From contig NC_087263.1 of assembly GCF_037042905.1 (NCBI RefSeq), positions 14,572,001 to 14,636,000 on the forward strand: a DNA stretch of 64,000 nt, given 5' to 3'. This stretch comes from Lytechinus pictus. Its lineage: Eukaryota. Every line of letters starts with the position of its first letter. Within the stretch, counting starts at the first letter, position 1. Made by a program: the position numbers and the translations under genes. The notes beneath the pieces were generated by a model. That model ran no database searches, was not told the origin of the DNA, and saw only the letters and a list, made by a program, of their open reading frames with translations. Shown one piece after another: positions 41,001 through 56,000 of the stretch.

Positions 41001-44000
41001 ATGTGATCTTCTTTGTTTACTAAGGAGATGGTGCAAATTTCCTGTACAAAAAAATGGTATGGATGGATTTCCATACAGTTGAGATTGATTGGATCAATCG
41101 TAACTCTTTGTGAGACAAATCCCTGAATTGCAACATCTATCAAAATAGTATAACTGAACTTACGGGTCTGCACAGTTAGTGGATCATAGTCAGAGCGATA
41201 ATTCGCAATAAACGCCACAGCGGCCACTGAAATGGTGTATTCGGTGGCTGCGTCGAGTTCCATGAAGGTGTATTCCGGCATACGACTGAACTCGTCGGTG
41301 GACGGGCCCGGTGAAATCGCTATTCGGTACAGGACATCGTCTTGAGGGTCAGGCGACCAGAAGATCTTGATGGTGTCGCAAGTGATGGAGCCAGATACAA
41401 CCGTTTGCTCTGGTACAGCACCTAATCAAACATGAAAATACAAGGTAAAATGTTAAGGCCCGTATTCTTAAGTCAGGTTTAATTCAAACTCTGGTTTTAA
41501 GTTGTGGTTCAACTATGAAAAGCCAGTTGTTACATAAATCTTTAACAGTGGAGGTTCAATGTATCAGCTCATTTGACTCCCAAAACATTATTAACTGCTT
41601 GTAAAGGATAAGTATGACAGTTGTCTTCACCATTAAAGAATTAGTAAAGAGCACAGTAAACATGAGAAGCAATTTTGAAACGTTTGGCTTTCCATAATTT
41701 TAGCACAGAGTTAGACCATGGTCTAAGTTAAACCTGACTTCAGAATACGGGCCTATAGGTGTAACATTACCTGGGGAGCATTTCATGAAAGGAAAGGGCC
41801 ATTTTATCTGAGAGTTACTGTAATAGCAGCGCTTTTTGCCCAATCAAAATCAAGGAAAATTGTCCAATCTGACAACTTGTCAGACAAAAATATTGTTGAA
41901 ACAGTCCTCAGGTGTGTGTATCGACCTTGTACCATTATGAAGATTTTAACCTTAATAGTCCAATGGGAGGGGGGCAGTAAAGAATCTCCCTCAACTTTTT
42001 TTGGTGAAAATATCTGTTTCAGTAATTTTTTTTCTCTCATGAAACTTTTAAGATCAATTTTGCAATGCCCAGGTACGCAATTACAAAATTACACAAAATC
42101 ATGCAAGTCCATGTCAGACTCAAATTTCTTAAAAACACAAGTTCACCTACAAATCCAATGCAATTTGGGGGTTTCCACCCAAAATTAATAACTGTATCAT
42201 TATCATTTTTCAATCAAAATTCAGAGCTGACGAAAAACTGCAACTGTGTCGTTCGTCCAGAGTCCAGAACGAAACTGCTGTTTCAATTCACTGAATTTCA
42301 ACAAAGACTTCTTGGTTGCCCTTTGTCATGTGACAATACATTTTCTATGTTCTTTAATGTATTCTGCATTGCGGTGCGAAACTGGCTATTGTCTTACTGG
42401 TGGTGAAAATGGCTTCTCTTGGGAGGCTTGTAGTGAAGTCCGTTGGGGTTCCGCTGTTAGCAGTCAGAGTGAAGTAGTAGGATGTGTTTGGCTGCAACCC
42501 CTCGACTGAGAACGACGTCTCATCAGCAGCTAACAATTCCTCCATGATAGGCGTCTGTGAGGATACAGTATAGGAATAGCGATTAGGCATGAGTGCGATG
42601 GTACAAGATTTCGCATGAGGTGAACCTGGCCATGTATCGGTTACGGATTTGAGGTGGAGCTATTTAGGCTTCAGGTTCGTATACCCTTTAAAAGAGAAAC
42701 GAGCCAGCATTCATGATAGCGCCACCTCCAGTCCTAAACTACCTACATATGACCAGCCTATAAATGTAACATTCTGAACTGTGTAGTAATACAGGCCCAC
42801 TTGAATGATAAATCATACCACACTTATGTTACCAGGTGGGTGTTTTATAAAGCTGTTCGTAAGTTAAGAGCGACTGGTGATCCTTTGTTGTGGTAAATGA
42901 TGTTCACCAATATATGTTCATTGGTGATTATTTAGTACATAACAAAGATGAGTACTCCTTGCCCTTACATCACTATGACATCACAAATGCGGCCAGTTTG
43001 AAGTCTCCACTGGTATAGTGATTACCAATATTTACAACTTTTGAAAAATTCACTACTTCCTTATTCTTTGTCCGATATTCTTCAAACTTTCACCTATCAA
43101 CTTGTCTGTTTTTTCTTGTTCCTCTCAAGACAACTTTTTATTTGGGATGGATTTTCCTTTAAATGAAGAGAACCAAATACATTTACCTGCTCACTACCAT
43201 CTATCTGAGAGTACATGAGTTTAAAGAAGTCAATAAACCCAGCGATTGGAGGCTCGAAGGCAAGATCAATAACTGTAAAATTACTTCTTGGTGATGTAAG
43301 AGATAAGGGCTGGCCAGGTTCTGCAAAAAAGAAAGAAATACACAAGTTCAAGTACAACTGAACCCAATGCCCCATGTTATGAGCTCCAGTTTAATACTGG
43401 TCTAGCTCTGTGATATAAGCAGAAAATGTCAAATTTTGTAGTAATCTTGTAAAGCACATATCAAATTATTCCTCACATACACATACATGTACTTAGTCTC
43501 GAAGAGGGAGGGGCAATATCTAGACTGGGGTATGATTGCCATTTCTAAAACCTGTACAGAACATTCTTGTCCTCTGTGAGGGATGGGGCAATTAGCGAGC
43601 GGAGTTGGGATCATCACTACTGAAAAAGTGCAATTCCTTTCTGTGAGGGAGGGGACAGTAGCGGGGGGGGGGGGTAGATTGTCTCCTTCAAAACCATTCA
43701 ACATATACATGCACTCAGTCTCGACGAGGGAGGGATGTTAGCTAGACAGGGGTATAATTGCCGCTTCTAAAAGTGTACATTGCATGTACCTGTTCTCTGT
43801 AAGAGAAGAAGCAACTAGCGATGGGGGTTGGGATCACAACTTCTGAAAATGTGAAATTCCTCTCTGTGAGGGAGGGGACATTAGCAGGGGGGGTAGATCG
43901 TCTCCTATAAAACCATTCAACACATACATGCACTCAGTCTCGACAAGGGAGGGGCGTTAGCTAGACAGGGGTATAATTGCCTCTTCTAAAACTGTACATA

Positions 44001-47000
44001 ACATGTACTTGTTCTCTGTGAGAGAAGGGGCAATTAGCGAGAGGGGGGGGGGTTGGGATCAGCACTTCTGAAAGTGTGGAATACATACTAGTCCTCTGGA
44101 CGATTTGAGTCACAGGTTCATCGAGAGTGGTCAGTTTGATTTGAATTGTGTATTCCTGTCCAGGTATCAACCTGTCAAACGTAGCTCTGAATTCATCCAG
44201 GCCGGGGATCTACAACACAAAAGATAGTAATAATTATGATAATACGGACTTCGAAACAGAGGGTCATAGGTTCGAATCCCAGCCATGGCGTAGTTTCCTT
44301 CAGCAAGAAATTAATCCACATTGTGCTGCATTAAACCCAGGTGAGGTGAATGGGTACCTGGCAGGAATTTATTCCTTGAAATGCGGAGCGCGTAAAAGCT
44401 GCTTGAGCTACAGCCGGGGTAATAATATCCAAGTCCTTTGAAAGCACATAGAGACATTATTCATAATGTGTTATGCGCTATACAAGAACTGACTACATGT
44501 ATGTGATAATAATAATAATGGTATATTTGCCCAGGGTAGCAACTTCGGTTCCCAAAATTGTTCTCCCAGCGTCCCTGCTATTATTATTATCCTAGGCGCT
44601 CAAGCATCCAAGGAATTTTTTCCCACCGGTTACCCAATCACATCATCTGGGTTGAGTGCAGCACAATGTGGGTAAATTTCTTGCTGAAGAAAAACATGAC
44701 ATGGATAGGAATCCAACCCACGTCTTCAGATCAAAAGGTGAGAGTCATAAGCACTAGACCACAACGCACCCCAAAGATGCATATAAGAAGGATGCTTTAC
44801 AGAGAGTTATAAGTTTAAGGCTTAAAATCAATCTCAGAGTGGAAATTAAAATGGATATTATATTATTTCTAAAACACGAGTGCGTAGATATCAAACTAGC
44901 TTATAAGCCCAACAATAAAATTAGGCAAACCTACACGTACACTTATTTTCTCTGATACATGTAGTGTACGACAAAAGAGTAGCACATTCCCTATACTTTA
45001 TAACAAACATCATGGCAAACTATGACCAAATGAAATGTGACGTTATACCGGCAGGTTCTCAGTTGTCACACATGTGGACAAAACAATGCCCCCTAAAAAG
45101 AGAAAATTTCAGTCTTTATGAATCGGTTGTAACACATGTGGACAAAACACTCCCCTCCAAAAAGAGAAAGCTTCAGTCTTCGCGAAAAGACGGTCTTTAA
45201 GAACTCACCAATTCTTCCACATCACGGGGAATGATACTAAGTTCATAATTTGTGAAGTCTGGCAAGTTGTCTCGATCCTCCCAGGTGCCCCATATAAGAG
45301 AGATTGAGGTGGTCGTGACGTCTGTGACACTCAACTCTAATTGATCGAAGGCGCCTGTGACGTTGAATAGATAAATTAAAGAGTACGACAATAATATACC
45401 ATATCGAGCATAACTGCACTGAAAGCAAAAACAAACACAGCTACAGTGTAAACAATTACGTCCATTAAATGATACAAATAAAAGCTGAGCTAAACAAACC
45501 TTAGCTATTGCCAAATTGAGGAAGAAAAAATAGCTGACATAAAGCTTTGAATACTAACAGTTTGAGGATTAAAAATTGATCAAGTAAAGCCTGCAATTTT
45601 ACATGATAAAAACTGATCGAATCAATCCTAAGATATTGCAAATTTGAGGAATTAAAATTTATCAAATAAATCCTAAAATGATTGTTAGAAATAGGCAAGG
45701 AAGATTAACCTGTGGTGAATGGCATCTCGGCTGGTTCACTTTTTGCTGTCTGATCACCAACTGTGACGACGCTGAAGACCTGAACATCATACTCTGTCGA
45801 CGGATCCAAACCAGTGAGGCTCTGCGACTGTGTCTCTCCGTCCACCTCACCTGCTAGGGTATACTCGCCCACGGAGGAAGCTTTGCGGTAATACACCTCA
45901 AAATTATCGACGTCGTGGCCGAGAAATCGATTCCAAGACACTGTAGCCGACGTCTCGTCCGACTGAATACCCAAAATTGCCGGTGAAACAGGGTCTGTTG
46001 TAAAGAGAATGCAAGAGATTCTTTGGCCCGTATACTGAAATCTGTTTTAAATTAGACCGTGGTGAAGGTCAGCATTCAAATTATGAGAAGCAAAATGTCA
46101 AGACTTTATCTAAATTGCAGTCTTCTTATGTTTAGTGAATTTGCTTCCCATGCCCTACTGGAAAAGTACACCATTTTAGTACTCATTTTCACTAGTTGTA
46201 AATAATTGACATGCAAAATAAGCTGATAATGAATTCAACTCATACAGGCATTATTTTCCCCCTCTGAAAAAAATCTGAAAAATAGCTGGGTCGCTAAGTC
46301 ACCGCCAAAGTCCAAGACGCCCCAGTCAGGGTTACAAGCTCTTGAATAGTAAAGAAATCGAAAGTGATTTTTCAAGGTGAGTCTGCATAATACTTTTATC
46401 GTTTGGCTTAAGAAAGCAGTAAAAAAGAGCATGAGAATGTTCTTGGGCAAAGGATTTCATGAAAAAAAAACCCCAACAAATCTGAAAAAAACAAATTAAA
46501 AAAAATATTTTTAAAAATCTGAAATTTTTTCACAAAAAGTTAAGTATGACTAAGAGTCATGTTTAAATGTAACACACAATCTTGTTGATTAAAACGTAGT
46601 TGTTATCAGTACCCAAGTTTGATGGACAGATTTTGTTTTAAAACGTTACATTCATCGATACAGAACATACTTGTTAGTACTGTGAGGTTGCTGAGCACAT
46701 TGCCATCCTCTGTAAGCTGTATGGTGTAGAGTGTTGCCGCGTCCAGCATGCCAAATTCAACGTTCCGCTCTTCGTTGGTCGCGAGCACGTCACGGTTGCC
46801 CGGCGTGATCTTCAGAACGTAATTCCCCTCAGGAACACCGACAGCAATGTTTCCAATACCCCAAGTGACAGTGATGGAATCGGTGGTCTTACGACGTAGG
46901 ATGAGGTCACCAAGAGGGGACGACACTATCAACGAGAGATAAAAAATTATTTGTTTAAAGGAACTACGAACCAGGAATCTTAATTCTGTGCTCGCTATGG

Positions 47001-50000
47001 ACAGAATCACACCACATTAATTTCAAGGTAAGACTTTAACAGGGGTTTTGCGTGGACTATGCTAATCCAGCTCACAATAGCTTTTGATTGGTTTATTGTA
47101 AAGAAAAGTTTTGTGTGTACACAGTACGATGCGATGCACACATCACCATTGTGATGTGTGTAAGAACAATAGACTTAGGCACTCTGCGTGTATTGTACGG
47201 TAAATAGAACGTGACTCTAGTCGAACAAAGCGGGCAAAGAGATAATGGCACCATCTCACGTCCTCAACTACCTTTATCTGACTAGATTCATTACCCATAA
47301 TGCAACATCCTGAGCAGTGTAGTCTTGTAATATAGACCCACTTGAATGATAACACATACTCTAATTCACTGTCCAAGATATTCTTATCGCAATAGTTATA
47401 GTAGCAAAATAAGTACTTTTCCTCGCAAAAGCAGTGAAGTTTCTCTATACAAATAAAAAAAATTATACAATAAATAGTTTTTGTTTTTGTACAGCCTATA
47501 TCACATTATGATTATAATGTCTCTATGTGCTTCCACAGGACTGGGATATTGTTACCCAGGTTTAAGCTTGGTGACCAAAATTATTTATAGCGCACATGCA
47601 TTTCAAGAAATTAATCCTGCCAGGTACCCATTTACCTCACCTGGGTAGAGTACAGAACAATGTGGATCAATTTCTTGCTAATGGAAACTCTGACTCCACG
47701 ACCCTTACTTTCAAAGTCGGGAGTCTAATCTACTGGGCCAAAATGCTCCACACATTGCTCATGGAAGTAAAATCGAGATGAAATGGAATGTAATCGACGA
47801 CTTACATGTCCGCTGGCTCGCCAAAACCTCCATACTCTCCGTCTGTGTGGGATCTTCACCGGCCACACTCTTGATAGTGAACCGGTACGTCGTGGAGGGC
47901 GTCAGTTCCCCGAAGGTGTAGTCCGAGGCGCTGGGGTCTAGGGTAATTACCCTATCGCTCTGTCCATCGGCTGGACTGTACGTCAGCTCGTACTGGTCAA
48001 TGATACTTAGGGGCCTGCTCCACAACAGAATGATGGAGTATGTAGATTCCTCCTGCAAAGTTTGCGTGTCGAGGTTGAAAGGAGGCAGGGGGGCTGGAAA
48101 GATGTGGAATGAAGTATAGTAAAAATGTGTATATCATGACTCCTCAATGTACATGGCAACATTGAGTAACTTGTCTATAAATCAAATGCCAAATTTTATG
48201 CATCTAACCCAATGACCTTCATCATTACACAAAATCTGAATTTTGTAGACTGCTATACCATGTTAGCTTATCGTATATATTCCCTTGAAGGTCAATTCAC
48301 CTCAGAAAAATGTTGATTTCAATCAATAGAGAAAATCAGACAAGCATAATGCTAAACATTTTATCAAAATCGGACATGCTAATGAGAGACTCGATGATGT
48401 CCCTCACTCATTTTTTCTTTTGTTTTTTATTGTCTGACTTAAATAAGGACCAACTTGACTGACCCATAAAATGTTAAACAATGGTAATTCCACATGTTTA
48501 GGTAGAAATAAAACTTTGTTTCACAGGACGAGGAGAAAATTATAATTTTTCATATTTCATATAAATACAAAAGAAATAGTGAGTGAGTCATGTCATCAGT
48601 TCCCTCATTTGCATACCAACCAGGATGTGCATATTGTACATGTAACTACCTGTATTTTGTGAAATTAGGTGAAACTTAAAAATGTCAGAACTTTCTTATT
48701 TCACATCCAATTTTAATGAAATTTTCATTCAAATCAACTTTTGTTGGGGTAGACTTGACCTTTAAAGAGGTGTGTAAAGATCACACTGGTACCTGAACAA
48801 ATTCTTTAAAAAAAGTGAAAACAATCATAGTCTAAAAACAGGGAGTGCTAGAGCAGGGTGGAATGTGCAATTACATGCTTCCTATTCAACAGAAACCAAA
48901 CGTCCCTATAGACAGGTCGTCCATCTATACGGGTTTTCGCTAGACCAGGTGGGTGTTTCATAAAGCTGTTTGTAATTCAATTCAATTCACTTCAAGGTTT
49001 ATAAAAAACATGAGTCGCAGACAAATGGCTGAATTGGTCATGTATACAAAGTAAAAACAATTAAAAGACTCTATATTTCAAACATTAAAAAGCAGTAACC
49101 TTTGTAAAAACTGACATGAGAAATATGTGTATAGGCAAGAATACTTAGGCAATGAAAATTTATATACATGTACATAAAATAATGAGGAAAAGGTAAATTA
49201 AGAATAATAAAAACAAAATAAGCTGTAAAAGATCAATAAAGATATATGGATATTAAATAAAAGAGTTGATTCCCTCATTCATGAAAAAAACTTGATATTG
49301 CAAGTAGGCTGGTATTGCTTTCAAAGTAAGGACTGACCTTACACAGAAAAATAGGGGAGGTTAGAAGTCAAGGTTACTAGCTTGCCTAGCTTGGCTCCTA
49401 GCTGACCAGGCTCCCTTGAGGATGGCAACCCTAGCTTGCTTCCATATGGGCTGTGAAGGGGGAAACTCTGTTTCAGTCCAAGAAGCAAGTGGCTTCAGCC
49501 CCTGGTTATATTTGGCTTGGGTTGACGGCCCATTCCATCTAATTACTATTTGTCACATCATTTAATTATGGTTTATTACATGTATGTGGCAGTTATGGGC
49601 CATTCTTCATTGTATGATGGCAACATCAGGCCCAAAGAACTATCTAAAAAAAAAAAGGGACCCTTTCTCATGCTACAAGATAAAAAGTATATACATGTAG
49701 TACCTAAGATATATTCCAGCAGTACAGTATATAAAATCTTGCGTGACTTCACAAACAGCTTTACGAATCACACTCCTGGGCCCCGCCTTACAAAGAGATC
49801 AACTACAACTATGGAAAGCCAGCAACGCCAATATCTAAAATGCATGCTTGTTCAAATATTTCCTTGATATGCTGTATATTCATACATGTATATTCATTGT
49901 TTTCTTGAAAATTCAGTGTGCTTTTCTTAGCTTACAAAGGACATTGTGTAAATTTCCTGAAGAAAAAGTTATGACATTGATGGATTTCCATAGAGTTGAG

Positions 50001-53000
50001 GTTGATCGGATCAATCATAACTCTTTGCAAGACAGGGCCAAGGGCCCCGTTGCATAAAGTCACCATTATGGTAACTTTGCCATGCAAAGGTAACTTGCAT
50101 GGAATCCTTGATTTTGAATGGCTGTTGATCAGCGTTACCATGGTAGTTACCACTGGATGGCAAAGTAACCGTAATAGTAACTTTTATGCAACGAGACCCA
50201 GGTGAGACTGTATAAAATGATGAAGAAACTAAGCAAATTCTTACCAGTGCGCTGATCGATATCACTCAAAGACGGAACATCCAGCGAACCATCCTCCTGG
50301 ATGGCCAGCAGTGAGATGGCGTAGAGCTGGCCAGGCAGTAGGATAGACGAAGTAACTTCTCTTGCCTGATGCCTTGGGACTCTCGCGTAAATTGCACTAC
50401 CGGTGGATGGTTGGAACCGGATGACGTACTCAGCGAAGTCGATGTCCGTCACTTCTCCCCAAACCACGGTGATGGAAAGCGAGCCAAAGGCGATGACCGA
50501 GAGCTGCCGAGGTTCCAAGGCATCTAGAGTCGAATTGTAAATAGAACTTGATTCAAAGGGGAACTAAACACCAGGGGACTCAATCACACAAAGGGTGACT
50601 CGAAGGTTTGATGTTGGTGATGGTTTGGAAGCATGCTTAAGATTGGATGATTTCAAGTTAAGCGTTGGTGGTGGTGTCAAATCAGGATTAAGATTGGATG
50701 ATTTCAAGTTAAGTGTTGGTGGTGGTGTCAAATCATGATTAAGATTGGATGATTTCAAGTTTGGTGTTGGTGCTGGTGTCAAAGCATGATTGAGATGATT
50801 TCAAGTTTGGTGTTGGTGCTGGTGTCAAAGTATGATTGAGATGATTTCAAGTTTGGTGTTGGTGCTGGTGTCAAAGCATGATTGAGATGATTTCAAGTTT
50901 GGTGTTGGTGCTGGTGTCAAAGCATGATTGAGATGATTTCAAGTTTGGTGTTAGTGCTGGTGTCAAAGCATGATTGGATGATTTCAAGTTTGGTGTTGGT
51001 GCTGGTGTCAAAGCATGATTGGATGATGTCAAGTTTCGTGTTGGTACTGGTGTCAAAGCATGATTAAGATTGAATGATTTCAAGTTTGGTGTTGGTGCTG
51101 GTGTCAAAGCATGATTAAGATTGGATGATTTAAAGTTTGGTGTTGGTGCTGGTGTCAAAGCATGATTAAGATGATTTCAAGTTTGGTGTTGGTGCTGGTG
51201 TCAAATCATGATTAAGATTGGATGATGTCAAGTTTCGTGTTGGTACTGGTGTCAAAGCATGATTAAGATTGAATGATTTAAAGTTTGGTGTTGGTGCTGG
51301 TGTCAAAGCATGATTAAGTTGGATTATTTCAAGTTTGGTGTTGGTGCTGGTGACAAAGCATGATTAAGATTGAATGATTTCAAGATTAGTGTTGGTGCTA
51401 GTGTCAAAGCATGATTGGATGATGTCAAGTTTCGTGTTGGTACTGGTGTCAAAGCATGATTGGATTATGTCAAGTTTGGTGTTGGTGCTGGTGTTAAAGC
51501 ATGATTGGATGATGTCAAGTTTCCTGTTGGTACTGGTGTCAAAGCATGATTAAGATTGAAGGATTTCAAGTTTGTTGTTGGTGCTGGTGTCAAAGCATGA
51601 TTAAGATTGGATGATTTAAAGTTTGGTGTTGGTGCTGGTGTCAAAGCATGATTAAGATTGGATGATTTCAAGTTTGGTGTTGATGCTGGTGTAAAAGCAT
51701 GATTAAGAATGGATGATTTCATGTTTGGTGTTGGTGCTGGTGTCAAAGCATGATTAAGATTGGATGATTTCAAGATTGGTGTTGATACTGGTGTCAAAGC
51801 ATGATTACAATTGGATGATTTCAAGATTGGTGTTGATACTGGTATCAAAGCATGATTTAGATTGGATGATTTAAAGTTTGGTGTTGATGCTGGTGTAAAA
51901 GCATGATTAAGAATGGATGATTTAATGTTTGGTGTTGGTGCTGGTGTCAAAGCATGATTACGATTGGATGATTTCAAGATTGGTGTTGATAATGGTGTCA
52001 AAGTATGATAAAGATGATTTGAATTTGGTGTTGGAGCTGGTGTCAAAGCATGAGTAAGATTGGATGATTTAAAGTTTGGTGTTGATGCTGGTGTAAAAGC
52101 AGGATTAAGAATGGATGATTTAATGTTTGGTGTTGTTGCTGGTGTCAAAGCATGATTAAGATTGGATGATTTCAAGATTGGTGTCAAAGTATGATAAAGA
52201 TGATTTAAGTTTGGTGTTGGGGCTGGTGTCAAAGCATGATTAAGATTTGATGATTTAAAGTTTGGTGTTGATGCTAGTGTAAAAGCATGATTAAGAATGG
52301 ATGATTTAATTTTTGGAGTTGGTGCTGGTGTCAAAGCATGATTAAGATTGGATGATTTCAAGATTGATGTTGATACTGGTGTCAAAGTATGATAAAGATG
52401 ATTTAAGTTTGGTGTTGGGGCTGGTGTCAAAGCATGATTAAGATTGGATGATTCAAGTTTGCTGTTGGTGCTGGTGTCAAACCATGATGAAAATTGGATG
52501 ATTTGAAGTTTGGTGTTGGTGCTAGTGTCAAAGCATTCTTCAGATTGGATGATTTCAACTTTGGCGTTGATGGTGGTGTCAAAACATGATAAAGATTTCA
52601 AGTTTGGTGTTGATGCTGGTGTCAAAGCATGATTCAGATTGGATGATTTCAAGTTTTGTGTTGACCTTCCCTGGCTCCAACAACGAATACAAATGATCTA
52701 AATCCCATTACTAATTAGTCAACACCTTGTTGATGTGTCCTTGGACCAGTTTCGTTTCAAGTTTGGCACAGTGACTTGGTACATGTAATTGGCCCAATGC
52801 CATTACAAAAAAGGTCTGGAGACCACTTGATGAGTGAGTATGGGCCTGTACGTTTTAATGACTATATTCATACATATAATTTTCCAAATTATAAAATGTT
52901 AGAAATTAATAATTTCACTCAAAATAACCATTCTACTATCTACTGTACATGTAAGTGAGTTATAGGCAAAACTAGAAATTCCTACACTTATTTTAAGAAT

Positions 53001-56000
53001 TGTACTAACAAATATAAATAATAATATATATATATATAAATATACTTTTATTACAAATCCTATTAGTTGGCTACTGGCTCTTTGCACACAAAATTTTTTC
53101 ACTGCGATTACATTATCGTAGTATGAGGTCTGAAAGCCCACCCCCCCCCCCTCCCCTGGAAAAACCTGGCCTGAAATAGTTCAGTTAAAGAAGGTTAAAC
53201 AGCACTTCAGAAAAGGGCCAGTGACTTTAACTTGCCTGTTGTGAATTCTTCTTCCAACGGAGCGCTGCTCTTCTGGAGGCTGTCGCTTCCAACGACAGTC
53301 CAGATGCTGACCGTGTAAGGTGTGTCTGGCCTCAGAGAATCAAACATGAAAGAAGGCTGGCTGCCTTCTTCAATCTGGTCCCTTCCCAAAGTGGCTTGCT
53401 GCACCCCGTTCATGCCGTTTAGTTCCAGACTGAACGATTCGTATTCACCCACGGGAGGAGACCACTCGACCGTGAGGCTGGAAGTCGTTACCTCTGCTGC
53501 CACCAGAACGGTGGGTGCATTTGGATCTGCAGAAAACCATACTAAAACTTAACCCATTGCCTACTGAAACTAGGTGATCCTTGAACAAACATATGGGAAT
53601 TAAGTAGTCAACAGGTGTACCTATGATATAATAGACCGGGTAGTTCCTGAACAAAGCATATGAAAATTACAGGATTCAGTGGTCAGCAAGTTAACACACT
53701 GCCTACTGAAACTGGGTGATCCTTAAATAAATCCCATGGGAATTACAGGTTTCAGTTGTCAACAGAACAATCTATTGCCTACTGGAACTGGGCGGTCTCT
53801 GTACAAAGCCAATATGAATCACAACATTCAGTAATCAACCATTAACCCATTACATACAAGGATTGGGTGGTCCTTGAAGAAAGCATATGGGAATTACAGG
53901 ATTCAGAAATCAAGAGTTTAACCTACAGTATGGCCGCTAGATCGAATTGCATAAGAGATTGGGATTAAGACATTCTTATATATAAAAAAAAAGCGTAAGC
54001 TTTTATAATCATCCAAATTATATGATTGAACCTGCGGCTGGTCTGCACTTCAAAATTCTGATCACTCCAATCTGATTTCCACCTTTTTCGTTTGTCCCTC
54101 TCTTTCTCTTTCCGATGTATGCATGTATCATTTCAAGTACCCAATGATTCATTTGTTCACTTTCAAAGGGTTGGTGAAAAGATGTAAAGAGTCTTTCCAT
54201 TCAACTGCGGACAGATAGCTCTTGTAATATAAAACTTGCTTTAATTTACATTATCTTTCTACAGAATGTGTGTCCAAGCAAAGAGCACAGCACACATACC
54301 TGTATAGACAGCATCCGTCGCGTACGGTTCACTCGTGCCGGCGTCTCTGATTCCAACAATGTATCTCTGTCCCGGGACCAGGTTGGAAAAGGTATATTCG
54401 AATTCTCCATTTATTGGAACGTTCCCTGGCTGCAGGCCGTTGGGGTTAGGGTCAAAGGTCAATTGGTAGCTACCAAAGACCTCGGGACACGAACCCCACT
54501 GAACGGTGATCTCAGTAAACATGGTTCCTATTACTTGAATTGAGCATTCAGGGAGGGCGGCTGAAAAAAGAAAACACACATTTATTTTTTCAATTATTTT
54601 GTTTTAGAAAGTAACCAATACTACTTCTAATAGTATGCAACATTTATATTGTGCTTCATTAAGTTTTTTCTGAGTGCTGTATCACTATGACCCCAGTAGT
54701 TTGTAGTAGGGCTATTAAACATGCACATGTTATTCAAATCGTGACCTCATTGATGGATACATGCTAGTGCGCGTCCCGTGTGCATGATTTGACAAATGCA
54801 GTGATGCGTTATAGTGCGGACAAATGAAATTTAAGTGCGACTCTAAGTTAGACTTGAATCTTTGCAAAACAACTCCAGGGACCTGTAGCACAAAGCTTAG
54901 TTTGATCGTAGGGCTGATTACTACGATTGATTGTATTGATGATTGTACACGATCAATTGTACAAATCAGCTCCATGATTAATCGTTAGTCTTTTTGAAAC
55001 CCATTCCAGAGCCAAAGAACCCAAAGGTTAATTTTACGCTTAATTTTCATGATCGATTTTACATTGTAATCAATGCAATCAATCGCCAAAAATATTCGAT
55101 GATTGCTTGGCTTTGTGTTACGGGCCCCTGGTGTTTGTTAAAGAAGGTGGGACTACTCTTACTGGTTGTAGGGCTAACGGATGCTTCTGTACTGGTCGTC
55201 TGGTCCTGACCTATACCACTACTGGTGTAGACTGTCACCTGGTACGATGTATCGGGGAGCAGCCCGTCGATGACAGAAACTGTGTCACCACTGTTAGGAA
55301 TGCGATTGGCAAACCTGACCATAGTAGGGTTGTCGGAGGGAGCGTAGGTGACGACGTAGTCATTGAAAACACCTTGAGTGACTTCCTGCCAGGTGACGGT
55401 AATGGATTGGGACGTCACTGCAGTCACAACGAGGCCAGTAACAGGGCTTGGTCCTGGGAAGGGCGGAGAAATAAATAATAATCTTCAGAAATAGTGTCTT
55501 AATCTTGAACAAACCTAAAAGATCTGGCGCCCGTTTCATAAAGGATTTGCAACTGTTGTAACTTTGCCATTATGGCAAGTACCATGCTAACTTTGATTTT
55601 GATCGGCTGCTGAGCCTTGTTGCCATGCTAATTGCCATAATGGCAAAGTTACAACAGTTGCAACTCTTTATTAAACAGGCCCCAGATCCTTGCAATGTTT
55701 TCATGCTCTTTACAAATTTTTCTTCTCAAATGGTGCACCATAAGCACTACTATTCTGTTCACGTAGAATGTTGACTTGGGTTGACTGATTGAAGAATTTT
55801 ACTAAATATTTCCATTCTTGCAGTCCAGAGACTGGATTGCAATGGTTAAAATGTATTAACATGATAAAAGTCAATGATGCAGGAGTCACATGTTCAGGTA
55901 ATTATACGTAAATGAAAAAGCGGCATACTTACCTAATTGAATTAAATTGAACTTTGTGATATTTAAAAGAGAAAATATATCAGAATTGGTTATAAAAATC

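Noticed and set aside
51465..52652. 395-aa ORF of [17 protein letters not shown] repeats (mucin-like)
   Set aside because: It is a by-product of 45/51-bp minisatellite units. Neighbouring 46-bp units break the frame, and the flanking exons already join in phase without it.
50595..52665. Possible CRISPR-like array
   Set aside because: The units are contiguous with no unique spacers, there are no cas genes, and the context is a eukaryotic intron.
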